Source: Bacteroidales bacterium
Lineage (GTDB): Bacteria > Bacteroidota > Bacteroidia > Bacteroidales > UBA10428
Length of the DNA stretch: 64,000 bases
Assembly: GCA_046481675.1 (NCBI GenBank)
Contig: JAWOJJ010000130.1
Location: forward strand, 656-64,655
Direction of reading: 5' to 3'
Shown here: positions 17,915 to 25,003 of the stretch, piece after piece
How the letters are laid out: each line of letters opens with the position of its first letter
Position numbering within the stretch: the first letter of the stretch is position 1
Notes under the pieces: generated by a model
Database searches by the model: none
The model's input: only the letters and a program-made list of their open reading frames with translations
What the model was told of the DNA's origin: nothing
Program-made: the position numbers and the translations under genes

Positions 17915-17957
17915 CACCCTTCAAGCGGTCCTCAGACCCTTGAAGGGTGATTTTTTT
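17915..17957. terminator. Bidirectional intrinsic terminator between convergent OMP genes
   Basis: CACCCTTCAAG (17915-17925) pairs with CTTGAAGGGTG (17939-17949), flanked by AAAA upstream and TTTTTTT downstream. Confidence 0.75.
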
Positions 17958-17974
17958 ACTCCTGTGATACCTGG

Positions 17975-18577
17975 TTAATAATAAAACCCAAACTTGAAAA
18001 TTGGGTTGGAGTAGGGTGAAAAATCATTCTGCGTAATATCCCATAAAACATAGATAGCCGCTTTAAACCTGCCGGCAATGGGTTGTATCAGACCTGCACC
18101 CAGCAACAGGTTGTCAATCCATATCCTGTCCCTGGTATAAAAAGTATAAGGTATTGTGCCGGGATCATAATACACGCGCTCAACATTCACCACCTCATTT
18201 TCGGCATGCAGGATAACAGCCCCAAGTCCGATGGCGCCGCCTTCTTCAGGCCCTTTCAAAACAGTAAATGAGGCCACAATTTTACCTCCATAGGTTGAAG
18301 TTTCAAAATTGAAATCCTTGTATTTTTCATATATGTATATGGGACCCAGACCTGCTGAGAACCTGTCGGTAAACCGGTAATTGATCTCGGGAGCAAGCTT
18401 GATGTAGGTAATTGTTCCGAAACTCAGTCCGATATCACCCCCTACAAAGATCCGTTGGCCAAAACTGCCTTTTTCCTTTTCCTGGGAAGGTTTCTGTATT
18501 CTTTCTTCAACCTGGGCGTTGAGGCTTATGAAACAGAATATCAGAGCAAATATCAATAAGAATTGTTTTTGAATCAT
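17975..18577 (-). CDS. Hypothetical small outer-membrane beta-barrel protein
   Basis: Signal peptide MIQKQFLLIFALIFCFISLNAQ, then 8-strand-like alternating pattern ending ...IFKFGFYY. Confidence 0.55.
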   Translation of the reverse strand: MIQKQFLLIFALIFCFISLNAQVEERIQKPSQEKEKGSFGQRIFVGGDIGLSFGTITYIKLAPEINYRFTDRFSAGLGPIYIYEKYKDFNFETSTYGGKIVASFTVLKGPEEGGAIGLGAVILHAENEVVNVERVYYDPGTIPYTFYTRDRIWIDNLLLGAGLIQPIAGRFKAAIYVLWDITQNDFSPYSNPIFKFGFYY

Positions 18578-18640
18578 ACTTCTTTTCTATCTTTAGGTTG
18601 AAAACGGCGTAAAAATACGAATTCAAACTTTTATTTGCAC

Positions 18641-19354
18641 ATGGTAGTTATGATTACAGGAGCCAGCAGGGGAATTGGCTTTGAAACCGCCCGGTACTTT
18701 GCACGGCTTGATAATACTGAAATATTTGCCCTTTCACGCAACCAGGCCGGCCTGGGCCAGCTGGCTTCGGAATGTGCCGGCTTGAATAAATCATCCCAGG
18801 TGCATCCGTTGGTGTTTGATCTGGACCTTTTTACACGGGAACCCGATTCATTGATAAAAAGGCTGCCGGCCTCAATCGGGCATATTGACATCCTGATTAA
18901 CAACGCAGGGGTTTTGGTTAATAAACCATTTCTGGAAACCGACCTGGATGAGATTCAAAAGTTATTTTATACCAATTGCATTGCTCCGGCATTGTTGATC
19001 AGGCATTTGATGCCTTATTTGGGTGGAAAATCAGTGTCACATGTAGTCAACATCAGCAGCATGGGTGGGTTTCAGGGTAGTATGAAATTTCCCGGGCTCG
19101 CTTATTACAGTGCCAGTAAGGCTGCTCTTGCCTGCCTGACAGAATGTTTAAGCGAAGAGTTCAAAGATTCAAAGATGGTTTTCAATTGCCTGGCTCTTGG
19201 GTCGGTGCAAACCGAAATGCTTGAAGAGGCTTTCCCGGGCTACAAAGCCCCATTACAACCTTCGGAAATGGCTGAATTCATAGGCCATTTTGCACGCACT
19301 GCGCACAAGCAAATGAGGGGGAAGATTATTCCGGTTTCGTTGAGTAACCCTTGA
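18641..19354 (+). CDS. SDR-family oxidoreductase
   Basis: ITGASRGIG (TGxxxGxG), NNAG, and YxxxK (YYSASKAAL) motifs. A TTG at 18635 is an alternative start. Confidence 0.88.
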   Translation: MVVMITGASRGIGFETARYFARLDNTEIFALSRNQAGLGQLASECAGLNKSSQVHPLVFDLDLFTREPDSLIKRLPASIGHIDILINNAGVLVNKPFLETDLDEIQKLFYTNCIAPALLIRHLMPYLGGKSVSHVVNISSMGGFQGSMKFPGLAYYSASKAALACLTECLSEEFKDSKMVFNCLALGSVQTEMLEEAFPGYKAPLQPSEMAEFIGHFARTAHKQMRGKIIPVSLSNP

Positions 19355-19358
19355 TAGT

Positions 19359-19428
19359 AGATCTAAGATCTAAGATCCAAGAACCAAGAGCCAAGACATA
19401 AGAACCAAGAACCAAGACATAAGAACCA
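19359..19428. repeat. Tandem heptamer array (AGANCNA x10)
   Basis: AGATCTA AGATCTA AGATCCA AGAACCA AGAGCCA AGACATA AGAACCA AGAACCA AGACATA AGAACCA, counted base by base. Starts 4 nt after the SDR stop codon and ends 8 nt before the buk stop codon. Confidence 0.9.
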
Positions 19429-19436
19429 ACAAATTT

Positions 19437-20591
19437 CTACTCGTAGCTTTTCATCAGTTCGTCTTTTTCGTCATCGCGACAATTCCAGCAGGGAAGTTTC
19501 ACATTTACCATTGAGGTTTCGTCGTATTCCCGCGGCTTGATTTCTCCCTTAAGCACCATCAAACCATTCATGGCCAGCGCGTGCATTTCATCCTCGCCGG
19601 GGTAAATGACCACAGGAGCCATAAAAGCAACCATTTTTTTAATGAATTCCACCACCATGGGGTTATGTGAGATGCCCCCGGTAAGGATGATGGCATCAAC
19701 TTCACCCTGCAACACAGCGCACATGGCTGCTATTTCCTTGCCAATCTGGTACGACATGGCATCCTGGATCAATCGGGCTTTGTCGTCGCCATCCTGGGCC
19801 ATTAATTCAACTTCGTAGGCGCTGTTGGTATTCATGTAAGCCACATAGCCTCCGCCACCGGTGATCATGCGTTTGATTTCGTCGAGGGTGTATTCTCCGC
19901 TGAAACAAAGTTTTGCCAGAGCTCCTGAAGGAAGTGTTCCGGAGCGTTCCGGTGAAAAAGGTCCTTCGCCATCGAGAGCCTGGTTGACATCAATAACCTT
20001 GCCCTTACGGTGTGCGCCCACCGAAACACCACCACCCAGGTGGGCAATCACCAGATTCAGATCTTCGTATTTTCTGTTCATCAGGCGGGCATAAGCACGG
20101 GCAGTAGCCTTCTGATTCAGGGCGTGAAAAATAGAATACCTGTGGAACACCGGATGACCGGCAATGCGTGCCACATCCTGCAATTCGTCTACAACAACCG
20201 GATCGGCAATAAATGCCTTGCAGTTTGGCAGTGTCTGGGCAATGGAATAGGCAATGAGCCCGCCCAGATTACTGGCATGTTCGCCCATTACCCCCTCAAG
20301 CAAATCGTGCCTCAGCCTGTCGTTGATGTGATAAACTCCCGATTCAATCGGATGCACCAGGCCGCCACGACCAACAATAACCTCAACTATTTCAATATTG
20401 ATATGGGAAGCTTTTAATTCCTTGAGGATGATTTCTTTCCGGAACTCGTACTGGTTGCTGATTCTTTCATAATTCGAAAGTTCCTGGGGATCATGCAGGA
20501 TGCTTTTAAGAAACACCGGCTTGGCATTGTGGTAAACCGCAATTTTTGTGGAGGTGGATCCCGGGTTAATGGCTAGTATTTTGTGATTCAT
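19437..20591 (-). CDS. buk: Butyrate kinase
   Basis: MNHKILAINPGSTSTKIAVY N-terminus and ASKHA-fold motifs (HLGGGVSV, ILTGGI). Has about 25 extra C-terminal residues containing CWNC. Confidence 0.9.
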   Translation of the reverse strand: MNHKILAINPGSTSTKIAVYHNAKPVFLKSILHDPQELSNYERISNQYEFRKEIILKELKASHINIEIVEVIVGRGGLVHPIESGVYHINDRLRHDLLEGVMGEHASNLGGLIAYSIAQTLPNCKAFIADPVVVDELQDVARIAGHPVFHRYSIFHALNQKATARAYARLMNRKYEDLNLVIAHLGGGVSVGAHRKGKVIDVNQALDGEGPFSPERSGTLPSGALAKLCFSGEYTLDEIKRMITGGGGYVAYMNTNSAYEVELMAQDGDDKARLIQDAMSYQIGKEIAAMCAVLQGEVDAIILTGGISHNPMVVEFIKKMVAFMAPVVIYPGEDEMHALAMNGLMVLKGEIKPREYDETSMVNVKLPCWNCRDDEKDELMKSYE

Positions 20592-20623
20592 GACCTGAAG
20601 GTTAGCATAGTACTTCGGAATGG

Positions 20624-21523
20624 TTAAGTCATAGAAACGGCTAAAGCTATGGAAAGAAACTTGCTTTTATCCTGATCTGCCCGTGAAGTCAGAACCACAG
20701 GGACTTCTGCACCGGCAACAATGGCGGCACAAACGGCACCGCCCAGGAAATTAAGCGATTTATAGAGCACATTGCCGGTATTGAGATCGGGTGCAACCAG
20801 CACATCTGCATTGCCGGCCACTGCGGATACCAATCCTTTGTGCCGGGCAGCTTCTGATGACACCGCGTTATCCAGTGCCAGGGGCCCATCAATCTCGCAA
20901 CCTTCTATTTGCCCACGTTTTTGCATTTGCGTGAGCATGGCAGCGTGAACGGTTGCCTCCATTTTTGGGTTGACCGTTTCCAGCGGTGCCAAAATGGCCA
21001 CCAACGGATTGGCAATACCAATGCGATGGAGCGTCTTCACTGCATTTCTCACTATGGCAACCTTTTCATCGAAGTCGGGATTGATGTTCAATGCGGCATC
21101 AGTAATACACAGTATTTTATGATAATACGGCGATTCAAAAAAGGCCAGATGACTCAGCAAACCACCCTTAAGCAGGCCGTTCTCTTTATCCAAAATGGCT
21201 CTTACCAACTGGCCCGTGGGTACATTTCCCTTCATCAGAATATCAGCCTGTCCGTCTTTCACCATCTTAACAGCCTTTGTACAGGCAAGGCTTTTATCAG
21301 GCTCCTGAACCACTTCAAAACCGGATGTATCAATTCCTGCCTTAGCTGAGGCAGCAATGATTTCATCTTTGTCGCCAATCAGGATGGGTGTTATCAGCCC
21401 CTTGTCAGCCGCATCGCATACCGCTTTAAGAACATCTTCATCCTGCGCCACCGCAACAGCAAGCTTCCGGTTGCCCTTTTTCAGGGCAGCATCCAGAATA
21501 TTGTTGAGTGATTGAATTGACAT
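20624..21523 (-). CDS. ptb: Phosphate butyryltransferase (phosphate acyltransferase family)
   Basis: 299 aa, Pta/Ptb-fold motifs (ADILMKG, PLALDNAVS, APDLNTGNVLYK). Lies immediately upstream of buk. Confidence 0.85.
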   Translation of the reverse strand: MSIQSLNNILDAALKKGNRKLAVAVAQDEDVLKAVCDAADKGLITPILIGDKDEIIAASAKAGIDTSGFEVVQEPDKSLACTKAVKMVKDGQADILMKGNVPTGQLVRAILDKENGLLKGGLLSHLAFFESPYYHKILCITDAALNINPDFDEKVAIVRNAVKTLHRIGIANPLVAILAPLETVNPKMEATVHAAMLTQMQKRGQIEGCEIDGPLALDNAVSSEAARHKGLVSAVAGNADVLVAPDLNTGNVLYKSLNFLGGAVCAAIVAGAEVPVVLTSRADQDKSKFLSIALAVSMT

Positions 21524-21533
21524 GAAGCAGGGG

Positions 21534-22745
21534 TTATTTTATCAGCTGCGAAACAATCTTTTCGGTATCTTCAGCAATAACAAGTTCTTCATTGGTGGGT
21601 ACAACCATAACCTTTACCCTGGAATTTTCGGTGCTGATGACGGCTTCTTTTGACCGCAGGCCGTTGTTTTTCTTCAGATCAAGTTCGATTCCAAGAAATT
21701 CCATGTCCTTACAGATGTCTTCCCTCGATTCAGGGCCGTTTTCACCAATTCCACCGGCAAATACCACAATATCAACACCTCCCATGGCAGCTGCATAAGC
21801 GCCCAGGTATTTTTTCACACGGTAATGGTACATGTCCAAACCTAAAATTGCCCGTTCATTCTTGTCTTTCATAGCAGCGTCTTCAATTTCACGCATATCA
21901 GACGAAATGCCCGTTATTCCAAGCATCCCGCTTTGCTTATTCACCAGGGTTCCAATCTGCGATATGCCGATTTCTTCTTTGTCCATGATGTAGGTAAGTA
22001 CCCCTATATCGAGGTCACCGGCACGCGTTCCCATGATCAAACCTTCAACCGGTGTGAAACCCATGGATGTATCGATGGATTTACCATATTTTACAGCGGC
22101 CATGGAAGCACCATTTCCCAGATGCACCGTAATGATGCGTTGTTTTTTGATATCCACGTTCAGAATCTCGCAGGCACGTTTACTGATATAATAATGACTG
22201 GTACCATGGTACCCGTATTTTCGTATACCGTACTTTTTGTAAAGAGAGTAGGGAATTGCATACATGAATGCCTTTGAGGGAAGGGTTTGATGAAAAGCTG
22301 TATCAAAAACACCTACCTGGGGCTTGCCCGGCATGAGCATTTTTATAGCATAAACACCTTTCAGGTTGGCCGGGTTGTGCAGGGGTGCCAGGTCAGTGTA
22401 TTTCTCCACAGCAGCCTGAACTTCATCGGTGATCAGAACGCTTGAGTTGAACTTTTCGCCACCGTTAACAACACGGTGACCAACCGCATCAATTTCATCA
22501 AGATTTATGATGCATCCGTGCTTTTTACTTGTAATAATTCCAAGGATGTACTCAATACCAATCTGATGATCGAGGATTTCGCCTTCAAAACGAACTTTTT
22601 CACCGTTACTTTTTTCCAGTTTGATGAACGAACCCTTCATACCTACCTTCTCGGCAATGCCCTTCGTCAGAATTTCCTTCTTTTCCATATTGAATAACTG
22701 GAACTTGATGGACGAGCTGCCGCAATTTAAAACCAATATCTTCAT
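21534..22745 (-). CDS. ackA: Acetate kinase
   Basis: MKILVLNCGSSSIKFQLF, GHRVVNGG, YGYHGTSH, VHLGNGAS, FAGGIGEN, all classic AckA motifs. Confidence 0.95.
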   Translation of the reverse strand: MKILVLNCGSSSIKFQLFNMEKKEILTKGIAEKVGMKGSFIKLEKSNGEKVRFEGEILDHQIGIEYILGIITSKKHGCIINLDEIDAVGHRVVNGGEKFNSSVLITDEVQAAVEKYTDLAPLHNPANLKGVYAIKMLMPGKPQVGVFDTAFHQTLPSKAFMYAIPYSLYKKYGIRKYGYHGTSHYYISKRACEILNVDIKKQRIITVHLGNGASMAAVKYGKSIDTSMGFTPVEGLIMGTRAGDLDIGVLTYIMDKEEIGISQIGTLVNKQSGMLGITGISSDMREIEDAAMKDKNERAILGLDMYHYRVKKYLGAYAAAMGGVDIVVFAGGIGENGPESREDICKDMEFLGIELDLKKNNGLRSKEAVISTENSRVKVMVVPTNEELVIAEDTEKIVSQLIK

Positions 22746-22794
22746 GTTGATAAAATATTATCTGTATTACAATTATAGTTAATAGGTCAAGGAC

Positions 22795-23745
22795 TTAACT
22801 TGATTTTTTTCCTGCTTCATCATATGTATAAAAGCCCACGCCAGTGGAAAGACCATACTGATGTGCCCTTACATGCCGTTTTAAAACAGGTGAAGCTTTA
22901 TACTTTATGCCTCCGAATTCTCCATAGAGGTTGTCCATCCATCTTTCCACCTTATCAAGGCCAACTTTATCGGCAAGTTCGAAGGGACCCAGTGTAAGTC
23001 CAAGACCAATTCTCATGGTATTATCAATGTCGGCTACGGAGCCAACGCCTTCCATAAGCAGCTCACAGGCTTCGTTAACCAGGTTAACAAACATCCTGAT
23101 ACTGATCATGCCGGGAGATTCCTGCACATTCACCATTACTTTCCCGATCATGTGGATGAACTTGCATACCTTGTCAAAAGTTTCTTCGGAAGTATACAGG
23201 CTTCTGACTACCTCAACCATTTTAGCACCGGGAACATTGGAAAGGAAGTGAAGACTCACGCATCTGTCCTTGTATTCCAGATCGGATGCCAATTCCGTTA
23301 TAGTAATGGTAGTGGAATTAGTGGCGATAATGGTTTCACGCGACACATATTTTTCGATATTCTTAAAGACCTCTTTACGGCAGGTGATGCGCTGGTCGCG
23401 ACTTTTGGAGCGGATGGCTTCAATTACCAGGTCGCAACTCCGGAGGTGATCATAACCAACATAACCGTTGATCCGGGCCAGGATGGCCCTTTTCTCACCG
23501 GGCGTCATTCCCCAGCGGTTGATCATGTTTTCCAGTTCCTGTTCAATATTGGTTAAGGCAGCCTGCACCCGCTCTTCCGACAGCTCGATAAAAATAACTT
23601 CCAACTCTTTCTGGCTGATCAGCAGGGCAATATTCTGTCCTACCGACCCGCAACCAACTAGTCCCACTTTCGAGAACAGCGTACGCGATGCTGATTTCTG
23701 ACTTAATCCGTAATTCTCAATTGACTCAACAATGACTTCAGCCAT
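22795..23745 (-). CDS. 3-hydroxyacyl-CoA dehydrogenase family protein (divergent Hbd-like)
   Basis: Rossmann VGLVGCGSVGQNIA. LHFLSNVP...VEVV region aligns with the HFFNP...VE catalytic His/Glu segment. C-terminal GPFELADKVGLD as in the HADH C-domain. Confidence 0.8.
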   Translation of the reverse strand: MAEVIVESIENYGLSQKSASRTLFSKVGLVGCGSVGQNIALLISQKELEVIFIELSEERVQAALTNIEQELENMINRWGMTPGEKRAILARINGYVGYDHLRSCDLVIEAIRSKSRDQRITCRKEVFKNIEKYVSRETIIATNSTTITITELASDLEYKDRCVSLHFLSNVPGAKMVEVVRSLYTSEETFDKVCKFIHMIGKVMVNVQESPGMISIRMFVNLVNEACELLMEGVGSVADIDNTMRIGLGLTLGPFELADKVGLDKVERWMDNLYGEFGGIKYKASPVLKRHVRAHQYGLSTGVGFYTYDEAGKKSS

Positions 23746-23774
23746 AATTAACTTTTTGCTTTATAGTTTATAAA

Positions 23775-24779
23775 TTATTTCGTATCAATAGCCTGGTTTG
23801 CTGTAATTGCAATCAGGTCAACAATATCGTTAACCGAACAACCTCTTGAAAGGTCGTTAATGGGAGCTGCCATTCCCTGCAACACGGGTCCGATTGCTTC
23901 AGCATGACCAAGCCTTTGAACCAGCTTGTAGGCAATGTTTCCGCATTCGAGATTGGGAAATATCAGTACGTTGGCTTTGCCTGCGATGGGACTACCCGGA
24001 GCTTTCTTCAAGCCTATTGATTCCACAATGGCTGCATCAGCCTGCAACTCACCGTCGATTTTCAGAGACGGGTTCATTTCCCGGGCAATTTTTGTAGCAC
24101 TGACTACTTTATCAACCAGCTCGTGGCAGGCACTTCCCTTGGTTGAAAAGCTCAGCATGGCAATCCGGGGTTCAATTTTAGCAATTGCACGGGTAGTTTT
24201 GGCAGTTGCAACAGCAATTTCGGCCAGTTCCTTATCGGTGGGATTGGGATGCACAGCACAGTCGGCAAAAACAATCAAACCGTTATCGCCATATTGTTTG
24301 TCCTTTACAAACATCAGGAAAGCGCCGGAAACAACGCTGATACCAGGAAGTGTTTTTACATATTGGAAGGCCGGCCTGAGCACATCACCGGTGGCATTAT
24401 CGGCACCGGCAACCTCTCCGTCTGCATCACCATATTTGATCATTACTGTGGCAAAATAAAGCGGGTTTTTGAGGAGCTTCAATGCTTCATCCTTTGTGAG
24501 GCCTTTCGATTTCCGCAACTCAACCATCATATCGGCATAGACCTCGGTTTTTTCATAATGATCAGGGTCAATTATCGTTGCCTGGTCAATATTCCTGAGC
24601 CCAAACTCTTTTGCATGGGCACCAATTTCATCCTTTGACCCGATGAGGATGATGTCTGCCGTACCATCAGCAAGAACATAATCGGCCGCTTTTAATGTAC
24701 GTTCTTCATAACTTTCGGGCAGCACGATACGCTGCTTGCTCTTCCGCGCATTTTCCTTGATTAATTCAATCAGATTCAT
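23775..24779 (-). CDS. pta: Phosphate acetyltransferase
   Basis: 334 aa. RIVLPESYEERTLKAA, GADNATGDVLR, MLSFSTKGS, FPNLECGNIAYK, typical short-form Pta. Confidence 0.92.
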   Translation of the reverse strand: MNLIELIKENARKSKQRIVLPESYEERTLKAADYVLADGTADIILIGSKDEIGAHAKEFGLRNIDQATIIDPDHYEKTEVYADMMVELRKSKGLTKDEALKLLKNPLYFATVMIKYGDADGEVAGADNATGDVLRPAFQYVKTLPGISVVSGAFLMFVKDKQYGDNGLIVFADCAVHPNPTDKELAEIAVATAKTTRAIAKIEPRIAMLSFSTKGSACHELVDKVVSATKIAREMNPSLKIDGELQADAAIVESIGLKKAPGSPIAGKANVLIFPNLECGNIAYKLVQRLGHAEAIGPVLQGMAAPINDLSRGCSVNDIVDLIAITANQAIDTK

Positions 24780-25003
24780 TGTAAACCAAATATTTAATGG
24801 TGATTTGTATAATTAAAATTAGCAAAAAAAACAAACTTTTTGCAAAGGAACTATATTTTACGGGATCATAGAGAATACGGGTACAAATTATCTCAATTTT
24901 TTTTAGCAGGCAGTGATAAATGTCAATAAGTAGATTTTTGTTACCGTGCACATTGTTCATGATAATCATTAGTTTTGCAGGATTAATATTTCAAAAGTAT
25001 TGA

